In this document: positions 13,201 through 25,217 of the stretch, in pieces
How positions within the stretch are numbered: position 1 is the first letter of the stretch
How the letters are laid out: every line of letters starts with the position of its first letter
Assembly (NCBI RefSeq): GCF_041956535.1
Contig: NW_027192198.1
Location: forward strand, 226,551-290,550
Source: Calcarisporiella thermophila CBS 279.70
Lineage: Eukaryota; Fungi; Calcarisporiellomycota
Length of the DNA stretch: 64,000 nt
Direction: 5' to 3'
Program-made: the position numbers and the translations under genes
The notes under the pieces: model-generated
Told to the model about the DNA's origin: nothing
Seen by the model: only the letters and a program-made list of their open reading frames with translations
Databases searched by the model: none

Positions 13201-14085
13201 TTTTATTCAGGTTACGTCCGTGAAACCATTAAATAGCAAGGATGACACTATGCCTTAATGTGCCCCCACCCCCATCTTCTTTAATCATATTTAGTTTCCT
13301 TTCTTTTCACTTATGCTAATCCTGCGATATGTATATAGTTTGTTCTTTTAATATTGTAATATGACTCTACATTCTAGTCTTGACGGAGCCTCTTTTCCCA
13401 CCCCCTATGCCTTTTGTACAGGGATGAAGCGATGTTTTATTAATAGTAGTTTCCGGCCAATTTTTTAGGCGGGTGCACATCGGCATCCATGGTTAAGACA
13501 CCTATTTCGTGTTCGATGGTCTTGAGGCCATTCCATATGGTTGACAAATGGAACGGCTGCTTAGTCACGTTAATACACGCTTTTACGAACAACGAAAATA
13601 GATTTGTCAAATACTAGGAGAGAGTCTTCCGGTGATCCTTGTTGAAAAAGCACATGTTTGGGAGTTTTCTTCACCAAAACATCATGGGTGACAATTAGTC
13701 ATAGATAGATCCTAATAACGTTTAGGTTATAGAGTCCAAACAGACCAAGCGTTATCCAAAGATAGAGCGGGCTTTTCTGTGTATGGCTATGCCTTAGCGC
13801 AAGTTTCCCTTCCACTTGTTGACGTACGCTGGAAGCCAGGCCATGCATCATCCTTCATCGCTCTCCGTGAGCTCTCTTGCCACGATGTCCTTGGATTGAA
13901 CTCTGGCCTAAAAATTTTCCGATCGAGGGTTGAAACCGGAAGCCACAATCCTTTTATACCTTTTCAATTGCCATCTTCATATGAGGCAATACTTGCGCCT
14001 CATTCGCGGGGGTCCATGAAGTTTGGGTGAAAACTCTCTCCACCTTTTGCTCCTCGTTCCATTTTGCCTTTTTCCATTAATTAAT

Positions 14086-15230
14086 ATGGGTTGGAATACA
14101 TCGTTAACACGTCTCTTCAAAGACATATTTCTCAAAGTTCCCTTGGTATGCCCCCCCATGGCAGGCGCCAGTGGGGCAGAGCTGGCCGCGCAAGTTTCGT
14201 TGGCGGGTGGACTCGGATTCATCGGCGCGGGTAAAATTTCCTCGTTATAAAATAGAATACAATGGACCAACGTCGTGTCTTACCGTTTAAACATCCACGG
14301 CGCCGGTCCTCTTTCTAGGCTACCACAAGGATTCCGCTTGGCTCCTCTCCCAACTGAAACTCGCAAAGTCGTATTTCCCATCTCACGATCACCTTCCAAT
14401 TGGAGTTGGATTTGTTGCATGGCATCTAGCCGAAAATACCCATGTCATTCGTGACATGCTCGACCAGGCTCCGCCACTCTGTGCCGTATGGTTTGCATTT
14501 GGCGAAGCGCGTGAATTCGCTCGCGAAGTGAAGCGAAAGTGGCCCCATTGCCGTTTGTTTTTCCAGGTGACCACCGTGGCCGAGGCTCTGCATGTAAAAG
14601 AAGTGGCCGATGTGGTGGTTGCGCAGGGGTCGGATTCAGGGGGCCATGGGGCCCGGGAGAATTCGACGACGGTGGCCCTCACCGCGGAGATTGCCGATGC
14701 TCTTCCGGACAAGGTTGTCCTTGCCGCGGGTGGCCTTGTGGATGGACGGGGTCTCACGGCGGCACTCGCGCTAGGAGCCGCAGGGGCATGTATGGGGACG
14801 CGTTTCGCAGTCTCGAAGGAGTCCATGTTGCATCCGGAGAAGAAAGGACTGATGGTAGAGGTGGTGGACGGGGCCGAGACGGTGCGGACCGATATTTTCG
14901 ATCTGTTGAGAGGGCAAAATTGGCCGAAGGAATACGATGGTCGCGCGGTGCGGAATGAGGCCACGCGGGGTGTTTGCTCGATCGAGGAGCTTAAGAAAGG
15001 CTATGCCATTGCTGAGAAAGATGGGGATATTACGCGAGCGGTAGTCTAGACCTCTTCATCCGAGGTTTTCCGTCTCCATTTCTCATCCAGTCTGTTTGCA
15101 CTAGGTAACGTGGGCAGGCACGGGGGTTGGGTTAATTAAGGAGATCCTTCCGGCCGGAGACATCGTTCAAAACATCTCAAACGAGGCTCTTGAGCGTATC
15201 AAACTTCTCGGCTCGTATGTGAGTCAATGA
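14086..15230 (+). CDS. Nitronate monooxygenase / 2-nitropropane dioxygenase family flavoprotein; 3 exons
   Basis: PPMAGASGAELAAQVSLAGGLGFIG, VVAQGSDSGGHG, LAAGGLVDGRG, GACMGTRF; last exon VTWAGTGVGLI, ending in TGA at 15228-15230. Confidence 0.93.
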
Positions 15231-16024
15231 GCCTTGGCTAGAGCGGATTACCACGGCAAAAAAAAATTCCTGGTATTGCACCGTGGATCCCCTCTATCCC
15301 CATTCACCATGTTCACCAGTTTTAGGACTGCTTTTGACTTGAAATTTCTTGCCCATTTTAATTGCTTGCCAATTAGAACATACTTTTTTATGTCTCTATT
15401 AAAAAGATACAACAAGACCAGTAGTAGCGTTTTCCCTAGCAAAGAAACATAATTAAATGTAGAGCCTTAATATCGCAAAAGATATACGGCATCATTCCTT
15501 GATTAGGTGCCGAGCATTATCCATTGTCAGAGCCTTCGATCAGTGTAGTGTTACTGGCAGTGAGATATCTCAACCCGATAGCTGAGATGGCCGGGTGGGC
15601 AGGAGGCTACTTAGGCAAGAGCGGGCTGTGCTTCCACCGCCCCGCTCATTCTAAGGTGTCGATTGCAACTTCATCGCAAGCCGGCTGCTAAATATTAATC
15701 TGAGCCATCGAGGTTTCGTATTCATTTTTCAGAGGGAAAGATTCGGCAGCGTCTTCATTCGGCGATCCGCCCTCCTCTGCTAGCTCTGGATCGAAAAAAG
15801 GCTGATCTTTCATGGTTTTATTTTCGGTGGGCGACCATTTTTGAGCACGGACCAGCCCGGATCGGCAAGGCTGTTCGGCTTCATTTTGATTTCTACCAAA
15901 AGGCAAAAATACTCCTAGCCGGAGAAATTGCTGGCCAAATTTTTGCCGATGGGTAGCTTAAGATAAAAGGCACGGCCCGTGATTCTGTTTTTAATTTTTG
16001 CACACACACCCCTTCCCTACCGCC

Positions 16025-17104
16025 ATGCAACTCCGATTCCTTATTTTGTTAGTGCTGCTCACGTTTGCTCTAGCGAGCCCCGGTAAGCATCCCGCTAAGT
16101 ACACATTCTAACTTAGCGACGCGGCCTAACGCCTCTACTGTTTTTCTCTCCCTGAATTAGGATCTCTACACGAGCGCGACTTTAGTTTCCCGCTGGCCTC
16201 TCCCCAGTCCTCCTCTCCACAATTCTCACCCACCTTTCCATTCTTTCACAACCCATTCGAAAGCATAGTACGATGGGCACACAATATCCACGAAGCATTC
16301 CGCGCAGCACGCCGCGAAGGAAATGAGCCCAGTTCGCAGCAGCCTCAGGGAAGCTCCAAGCCTATGCTCTTCGGAGCAAACAGCAACCCATCGGCGCTCC
16401 CCGGATCCTCTCTCCCACTCCTACAGCCTCTTCCTCCGCCTCCTCCGCAGTTTGCATCGCATGCAGCTCCCCAGCCACAGCAACCTTTGCCATCAATCCC
16501 TCGCCAAGCTGCTGCTCCTCCGCCCCCGCCCCCGCCCCCGCCCCCACCACCGCCACCACCGGCATTTCGCTATTCGCCCCAGCAATACTATCCTCCCCCT
16601 CAGCCACAGGCCTACGCCCCTATCCAAGATTCTCCCGCCGTCTTTGCGCCCCCTCCTCAACCCCCCGCTTTCATGCGCCCGCCCCTCCCTCAATTTCTCG
16701 CACCCGCGCCAGCTGCCACGCCTTTTGCTCAATCTTCGCAGCCCGACCCTATGTCGGACTTCTATGAGCCTCAGCCGGCCCCAAACCCTCCCGCAGTCAA
16801 CCGCGGCCCATTCCTATTACCAAACCTGGCCGCACCTAGCGTTCCGATGTTTGGGGCGCTTCCCACCTCCCCGCCTGGCTTATCTCCCTTCAACCCGCTG
16901 ATTCCAAATCGATTTCAACCATTCGGTTTATTACCATCGCCAATCCGGACGGACATGTCCATGCCCTCGTTTTTGCGGATGGCCACCCCGTCTGCCAGCC
17001 TAGAATTAAATTCCCCGCTACCCTCGGTGTCGGGTGCGACTTCACAAAAGGCATGGAAAGGGTTGTACGCAGGCGGGATTCTGCTGGCTGCGTTGATTTT
17101 ATAA
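16025..17104 (+). CDS. Proline-rich, putative GPI-anchored/cell-wall protein; 2 exons
   Basis: Signal peptide MQLRFLILLVLLTFALASP, intron about 16083-16160, poly-Pro tract and a C-terminal hydrophobic tail (GLYAGGILLAALIL). Confidence 0.72.
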
Positions 17105-18348
17105 GGAAGACGCGCTTTTCTAGGATAAACTCTTTGTGATATCTTTGTTCCCTCCTTTGACTCAACCCTTGTGCTAATTTATCCAAGCTTATACGCATAT
17201 ACCTCGGATGGTTTCTTATTTGTTTTTTTTTTTTCGGCTTCAATTGTAAAATGGAAGAAATAAGAAGATTCCGAATCTGTTCAATTGAGAGTGGAAAGCT
17301 TAGGCGAATAGGCATGGGACTTTAGCACCATACAAAGTTAACTTTGTTAAACCCATCGCGTTAACTAATTTTCATCTTTCGTCCACTTCCTACATGAACT
17401 AGGTGATGCATATTGCTGGTTAAACTGCTTTGAATACATTGCCTTTTATTTAAATGACAATGTATTCTCTGAACTGGCTCTTAGTGATGATATACCGAAT
17501 GTCTGATATTATTCTATCCTCATGCACGAGTATGCAGAGAAAGATCAAATACTTCTTAAATAGAAAATCTAGATCCGTTATGGCAGCGTAAAATAGTCTT
17601 ATTATTGCAGAGTTATCGCAGGTTTTGTGAGTGCTTTCTTTCCTATCTGGTAGCCTAATTTTATCATAAAGTAATTTTGAGCTTTTATCCAAGGTTGGAA
17701 TAGGTTGTCTAGATTTAATAGCAAAACTGGCTGCGTCTTTTTTTTTTCCCATATGGATCTGAAAATTTCCCCCCCAAATTGCCTGACTGTTCAAGTGATG
17801 TGTGAACAGATTATGACAACAAAGAGTCAAAAATCATGCTGCCGTTCAAATATGTCATACGTATTTTCCTATTTAACAAGTGGTTTTTTTATTTTCATGT
17901 AAAATTACGGTTCCTTCATTTTCGACATAATTTTGGATTTCTCGCTCAACAATAATTGAGAAGGGAACTTGTGGCTTAGGTATTCGTTACTTTAAATGTT
18001 GACTTTTGTTGAGGACATTGGTTAGTCAAAGATAATCATCAACATCCCTTCACACTAACAAAGCATATCAACGAGTTATATTTTTCTTTTCTTTTTTCTT
18101 TTAGCTAATCGGGACGACCTTTTTCCTTTTTTCCCCTTTCTTTTCTTTTCCTATTTTACACGGTTGAACAATTTACTATTTGTATTTAACGGCACGACTA
18201 CCGATCTTTAATATAAATATTTGTACGTTTTCTTTATTACATTCCCTCTCATAGCATTATACTCTCTCTTTTTTTTTCCCCTCTCTTGCTTTATATATAC
18301 CTCTATATATTTCTTTGGCTTACTTGTACACAAAACACCCAGCATACA

Positions 18349-19786
18349 ATGTCCAATCTTCAGGAAATCCTAGACCGCCTCGTAGCTGAGAATCTTCATG
18401 GCCCTCTCACTTCATTCTCAGGGCATTCGCTCCGAAAACCAGCATCAGGCGGATCATTGTTCGGGCGTTACAAAGAGGATGGTGATCTCGATGGAAAAGA
18501 CCCTAGGTTTTTATCGGAATGATATTGTGATGGATGGCGGGTCTTATATATTGTATGAATTCTACTAGATGGCTCGAACTCTTTACAAAATATTTCGTGG
18601 AGAATGCCGACTCTCGTCATGACGATATGTTGTTTTTTGTGCGGCAGCCCCACGCCGGAAACGATGGAGAAGAGCCCGTGTTTGTAAAGCGGCGACAAGC
18701 GAATAATCAGCTTCCGCCTGTGGATGATCTGGTGCTATGGAAGGAAACATTTTATTTGAATTTGATTGTGCAGGTAAATAGAATCTACTTTGGTGAAGTC
18801 TCATATGGCGAATCTAATCCTGTCTAAAGCTGCCTTGCAAACTAACCGTGGCGGTTTGCCGTCGAGTCACTGAAAATGACAAGACAAGCATGATGTGCTC
18901 TCGCAAGCACGTGAGCAAACGTGTATATGCATTGCCAACAAAGTCGCGCGTGGACATGAAGGAATCACGGTGGGAGTGCTCCTACCCGCTCATCTACTAC
19001 GTCATCGACGACTACGAAGATATGTTTGCCAACCTGGTGGTAAAAGAGGGCGAGTATTTATGTGTTGAGCTTGCAGTCACCATCCCGCATGCCACCAACA
19101 CCGAAGATCTGCAGCAGAAACAGCGGCGGCAGAGGGATAAGAGTGGCAATCACCACGAGCTGGATGACTCTGGGGACGAGGAGGATGAAGAGGATGACGG
19201 CGGGCCATTCACGCCCTACGGGCTCAGTGGTTCATCAAGGGCAAGTAACAAGCCCTTCCCTCAGCCTTCCGCAACCAAAATCACCCTCTTCCAGGGTGCA
19301 GCCTCCTACTCGGCCATGCTCGATATCTACCGCCAGAAATCGGTCGGTAAGTCCTCCTCGCGTCGGTTCCATCTGGGCTCGCATAAGCCCTCCACGGAGT
19401 ACATCATGATGCGTGGCCCCGGAGGTAAGGGCCACGCTCAGGTTGCCATCACTGCGTTTGCAAGTGCCGAGAGTCCGGACGTGTTCCATTTACCCTCCTC
19501 CGAGGGAGACGGCTACGGAAGGGAATCACCCGTCCCCCAGCACCCCGAGGATAAACTGGAGGAGACCGGGGGAGAGCCGGGAGATAGACGGCGAAGCATA
19601 CTGCATAGATCAAATTCGGCGGGATCGTTATTCCAGTCGCTCAAGCGGCTCTCTCTCTCTTCCCTTACAGAGCGACATGCGCCCGAACCAAACAGCTTGA
19701 AATGTTGTATGACCTTTGTGAATGTACCCTGGCAAAGCATTATCAGCGATCTGTTAACATATGCGAGGAAGCGTCCTGCTAGCTAA
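18349..19786 (+). CDS. KIAA0930/DUF2045 family protein; 3 exons
   Basis: DDMLFFVR, WKETFYLNLIVQ, YPLIYYVIDDYED, EGEYLCVEL, LFQGAASY and MRGPGGKGHAQVA match the DUF2045 motifs as I recall them. Confidence 0.82.
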
Positions 19787-20268
19787 CCCTCGTGGCATTT
19801 TTCATTGCGTCACTTCAATTGGTATTTTTTTTTTTTACTATTTTTTGTGTATGAATTATGATATATTACTCACTTCTCATCCCTCTTTGTTCTCTCGTTT
19901 TGTGTTGTTTTCCACCTTCTTTCCTTCTTTTTTACAGCTCTCTCTCGACTACGACTATACCCCCCCTCCCCCTTTCTCCTTTATATTATACTTATATTAA
20001 TTTTTAATATTCTCTCATTATGCTTGCTCTGATAAAGTGATCTTTTTCAATAGACCAGTGCAGTATAGGATGATTCCCTTTCTTTGGAAGGCTAAGCGGG
20101 GTCTATGAATTGAAAAATTCAACGAATTTCGATTTGAATCGGTTTTTCATTACCAACCAAAAAAAGCACTATCCCTCAAAACCGTGCTACTTGGATTCTC
20201 AGATCCCTTGGCTCTCCCCTCGAAACTCGAAAAAGCACCCTCAAGGCAAAAATCATATTGGCATCACG

Positions 20269-20454
20269 ATGCTGGAGATTTTCCATTACCTCTCTCATTC
20301 CTTCCTATGGTTGTCCATCGTTTTTTTGGTACCCATTTTCATTCTGATTCTAGCCGACTATGTGGTGAGTGTCGTTGTATCTGTGGCAAGTAGTGTAAAC
20401 TCGTCCCGAGAGCAGAGGAGGCAAAAAAGAGAGGAGAAAAGCAAAGTGGCGTGA
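20269..20454 (+). CDS. Putative small single-TM protein (61 aa unspliced; a spliced form ending at about 20871 is possible)
   Basis: ATG in good context, hydrophobic FLWLSIVFLVPIFILILADYV and a basic tail. Candidate donor GTGAGT at 20365; TACTGAC...TTCCAG acceptor at 20805. Confidence 0.45.
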   Translation: MLEIFHYLSHSFLWLSIVFLVPIFILILADYVVSVVVSVASSVNSSREQRRQKREEKSKVA

Positions 20455-21321
20455 TTGACAGGGGCGTACGTGAATGGTTGAAAGACGTTGTAGCCATTAC
20501 ATGGATCTCGGTCGGCTTTGTGTTTCCCAGTTGCAAAGAGTCTATTGTTTCGAAGTTGCTATCTACTCGATCCTCTCCCCTATTTCCTCTTCGCCGCCTA
20601 TATACTTTTTAGCTTTTTTATATTTCTTGGACTGAATCACGAACATTTGGGAATATGCACCTGTTGTTTTTTTTTCTTTAGTCTCTTCAATTCGTTTAAT
20701 CTCTGATTGAAATTCTCACACTTCCGCCTACTTTGTTTTGCGCGATATTGCCTGTTATTATTATTATTTACATTTATTTATATTTTTACTGACTTGTATT
20801 TCCAGGGTGGTTCGAAAAGGACCATCTCTTTTATTTCTTCTTGGCTTCAGCATATGTGTGTATCTATTTGAACTCCAGTAGTTCATCAATAAATGCCATA
20901 GCCATTTCTGTTTTCAATATTCTTTGCTCCTTTAGAGACTAGTTCTATTTCGATCTGATATGAATACATGATCACATCGTAATGCGCAACTCTGGGCGGT
21001 ATTTAGAAGATTTCCTTCTGTGTCTATACGGATGTGCTGGTACGATTTTGCCACTTTTTATTGTCAGAGCGCATTCTTGATTCTCGAATTGAGCAACAGG
21101 AAGAGCAATATCCTTGAACAGCCATATCCACAGTAGGGCTCTATTCCGCATGTTACTCATTTATAATAATAAGTTTTCATTTGGTTGAGATATATCTTTA
21201 ATATGTCGATATCCAGATAGTTAATCAAATTTAGTAGGGGACCTAAATGCCGCCGCTGGGTCTACAAGAATACCCCCTCTCCCCCTCCTTGGTTACAATG
21301 CAGTCCCATGGAGATTAACCC

Positions 21322-22099
21322 TCAAGGATGATGGAACTCCTCATGTTCAGGCTCCAGCAAAAACATCTGGTTGAGGTTGTCAAAGGGCTAAATATAAAAA
21401 TGATTATCATCAGGAAGAGTTGGGAACAGTATGTTGAGCGAATTCTCATCCCACCTTTTTCTCATAGAGGATAACTTTTGGTTGACAAAAAAATAAAAAG
21501 GATCAATGTGAGAAGCAAGATGAGGAGTAGAGAGGGATCCAATGGATGAGCCATTTGAACACTTACTCTCAGTGCCATCTTTGTCGGTATCCCCGCGGAT
21601 GTCCACGACAAGATTGGATTTGTCGTGTAAAGGAAGCAAAAATCCACGGTCAAACATAAATCGTTGGTTATGGGCATCTTTGACGGTTTTTCTAGTATAC
21701 TGGCAGAGGCCAGCAACGGGCTTTAGCTTGCCTATTGAGATATCAGCTTGGTGAAATAGACAATGAAAATATCTCACAAGCTACTACCTCCAGCAATATC
21801 CAGAACTAGCCCGGAATTTTTGTTTATTAGAAAGCCATTGTCATGCTTCCAGAGCTGATTGTGTGCCTCATCGCCTAGTTTCTGTTTCCATAGGATGACT
21901 CTTGCACCCGGCTTTGGTATGGATATGAAGATTATTGGATGAGAGCGGTTTGAGTAAAGAGGGAGGAAATGAAACACGTGATCCTCCATCTAATGAAACA
22001 ATGAAACTATACTTTCTTGGAATTCTCACAGACATCGAGGACACAGTTCCCGTATTTTCGAGATTTTATATAGAAATAGCCTGAGGGGAAGCCCGACAT
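21322..22099 (-). CDS. Cytoplasmic ricin-B (beta-trefoil) lectin-like protein; about 6 exons including a 14-nt micro-exon
   Basis: MSGFPSGYFYIKSRKYGNCVLDV, NQLW, SGLVLDIAGG, AHNQRF, LVVDIRG and DNLNQMFLLEP give three QxW-type subdomains. No signal peptide. Confidence 0.85.
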
Positions 22100-22720
22100 C
22101 GGAGAGCAACAAGGTGCAGGTAGTGAGGAAAATAATTAGGGAAGAATTCAATCTCAAGGAGGACAAGTGACTGCTTATATGGATGACGTTGAATTGAACC
22201 AACATTTTCACTTCCTCTTCCTCTTTCGTCTGCCTCCGTTCCGATCAAGGGCATCAAAGTTTCAATTGAATTCTCAGTTCAACCTTCTGTTATTTTTTCC
22301 CTCCTTTCGCCTTTGATCACACACTCATCTGCTTATTGCTTCTGCCTTCCTCATCTCTTATTCTACTTTCCTCTTTTAATATCAATTTTATACATGTGCA
22401 CCTTTTATTTTATTGTGGCCTGATTAATTATATATTTTGAAAGCGGCTTTTTTTTTATCCCCACTGCTAGCCTGCTCGTGCTCCTACTCTAAGTGATTGA
22501 GAGGTCGATTTATTCAAAAACTGAATTGGGAGTAGCTGTCACTACCGGAGCTATAATCAACGACTAAATAACAAAGAGCTAGTTGAGCATTACAAGGGTA
22601 AATTCAAATTTATTATATAATTAATGAACATGTCCATTTTTCTCATCCCCCCGCCTTCTCCTCCCCCTTACTCCAATACTAGACTCAACCTAGATCGTCT
22701 CCATATCATCAAGGCCTAAC

Positions 22721-24750
22721 ATGCGGGAATCCAATTTTTCCTGTCCAGTTCAAAACCGAGCTAGCCTGTGCATCTCATCCGCTCTCTATGACCGGCGTGC
22801 CCTTGATTGTACCGAATCACTCCCCCTTATCAATTCGCTTACTCACCTCACCTATCTTACCAGCACTTCACCCCGCATTCGGGAGGTTCTTACGCTTGAT
22901 GGTGGCCTAGAGCGACTAGTGCAGATTTTACGCCGAACTGTGGTGAGCGACAAACGAAGTGCATGGAAGTGGGCACTTGCATTCCAGAGCGTGGTGAATG
23001 TAGGAGTGCGTGGAACGGAGCAGATTAGGACACGCGTGGTCCAGGCGGGAACTGTGCCAGTACTAATCCGGGTGCTGGAAGAGTTTTTGGCCTCTCTCGA
23101 GCGGGCGAACCGTGAGCAGCGGGAGATTTTGATTTGGCAGCAGCAACAGCAACAGCAACAACAGCAACAAGTGCAACGGCAGCCTTTCCAGCTACGTCCT
23201 TTGTCACCCTTCAATACCAACCGGCAAACTCTCGTTGCCTCGCATCCCAATGTGAGATCGCGGGACGAGGAGGGCATCCGAAGAGGCAATGGGGTCGTCA
23301 CACCCCCCGCTAGCCTCACTATGGCTCATACTCGACGCACCGATGACATCCCCAATAGCGCTGGAGTTGCTACCCGCCAACGTTCCCAAACACTACCCTC
23401 GCAACGTCCTCAACATCACCAACTTCAGCAGCAACAGGGTATTTCGCTCGGAACCGCAGAAGAGCATGTCCTACAAAATATCGTATGTAGTTTCTTCTTT
23501 TTTGTGTAACCCATCTACTAAGTCTGAATGCGCATGGTTTATGTTAGATTGGAGATATCGACATGCTAAGTCACGGAAACCCAACTACCCCCCCTCAACC
23601 CACCAATACTCGTGCAGAAGCAACAGCACAAGCTGATAGAGCTACCACTACTCAACCCCTTGTACGTGTGAATAATATTCGCCAGGACAATACAGTTCGC
23701 ATTCGGACCACAGAGCCGGCCGCAAATAATCCCACAATAGAGCAAACGATCCCTCTTACGGAGCAATTGCCCACCCAACCTCCACAAGAGTCTGTCGAGA
23801 CGGAAACGACTCTCTACCGAGAAGGGGATGTGCTTCTGACACTCCAACTCCTTGCCTATCTTTCCAAATACCCCCGGCTGCGTGCCGTGTTTGCAGACGG
23901 CTATCCCAGCGGGAATGTGTTCACCCTTGTGGAACGATTCACGCATCGCGTGCATCCCGCAGAAATCCAGTATTGGGCTGGTGTAATTATGAGGAATGCT
24001 TGTCGCAAGGATGAAACACGGGGTGGACTACGGCAATGCGCCTATCTTGGCTGTGGACGGTGGGAAAGATTTCCCCGAGAATTTGCCAAGTGTAGGAGGT
24101 GTCGAAAGGCCAGGTATTGTAGTAAAGAGTGCCAGAATCTGGCATGGGCGAGTGGGCATCGGTGGTGGTGTGTGGAGCGACCAAGTTCCACTGCTATGCT
24201 GGCAGGTGCTAATGGTGTGGGGGGTACAACCTCAGGAGGCTCCACGGAGGATGTAACTGCCACCGAGGGTGGCGCAGAAATGATGCGGACCACAAACGGC
24301 GCAGATGCGGCTGGAAGAGGGGCAAGAGTTGGGGTGTTGGTGGGTGGAGCGGTGCAAACAACACCCGCTGCTCCTGCCGCCGCTGCACGAGCGGCACTAA
24401 TGGGAAACGGCCTAGCAACCACTCCACAGAATGATGTGCCTGGTTTCCCGATCTTGGCGCCGGGTATACCCATCGCCTCCCAGCCCGCTCAGCCAACCAT
24501 GGGCATAATAGTGGGACAGGCGGCTGCGCCGAATAATCCCCCCTCCCCCACTGTCGGACGAATCGCAGCAATCCGACAGAGGAGCGGAGGAACGGACGAC
24601 GACACAATGTCAAACCTATTAATGGCGGGTGAAGGCGGCCATGCTTCCCCTCGTCTCTTGGCGTCTGCCCCGACCGCCAACGGGAATACCGGGGAAATCT
24701 CTCCTTTCGCGATCACTCGGCATTCGCAAGATTACATGTACCTTGATTAG
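22721..24750 (+). CDS. MUB1: MYND zinc-finger protein SamB/Mub1
   Basis: ALYDRRALDCT..LPLINSLTHLTYLTSTSPRIRE, LQLLAYLSKY, YWAGVIMRNACRKD and the MYND finger CRRCRKARYCSKECQ..AW..H. One intron about 23483-23548; poly-Q tract. Confidence 0.93.
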
Positions 24751-25217
24751 AATGTACGCCGTACCCCTTTTGTTTAAAAGTATTATATGTTGAGTCTATT
24801 TTTCTCGATTTTTTTTTCTTCTCTTCTCTTTATCTTATTTGGTTGTTTGTTTTTTCTTTTTTCTTCACTTCCTCGAACTCCTCTCTCTCTTCACCGTTAT
24901 AGCCTAATCGACTTAAATCCGTACAACTTATCTCATATATTGTAGTTTTTTTGGGTTTTCTATTTTAAAGGAAAATTTCTACTATTTTATTTATTTTTTG
25001 TTGCTTTTTTATGAACATTTATCTTACTCTCTATTCCTATCTTATTACTATGTTTTTCTTTTTCTTTGAGAGCACTTTCTCATAAAATAAAATATTGAAA
25101 TTGTGAATTATTATCCCGGTGGTGCATGTACCAAAAGAGAAACAAGTTTATTTAAGCATAGAAAACGAAAAAGAAAAGAAACCAAAAATTAAGAAAAATA
25201 CATCCTTAAATTTGAAA

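Noticed and set aside
15588-15700. HDV-like ribozyme (GGCCGG...CCGGCU resembles HDV P1)
   Set aside because: P3/L3, P1.1 and P4/J4-2 elements do not fit the consensus.
20972-21160. 62-aa minus-strand ORF downstream of the lectin
   Set aside because: No recognisable similarity; probably 3' UTR or intergenic.
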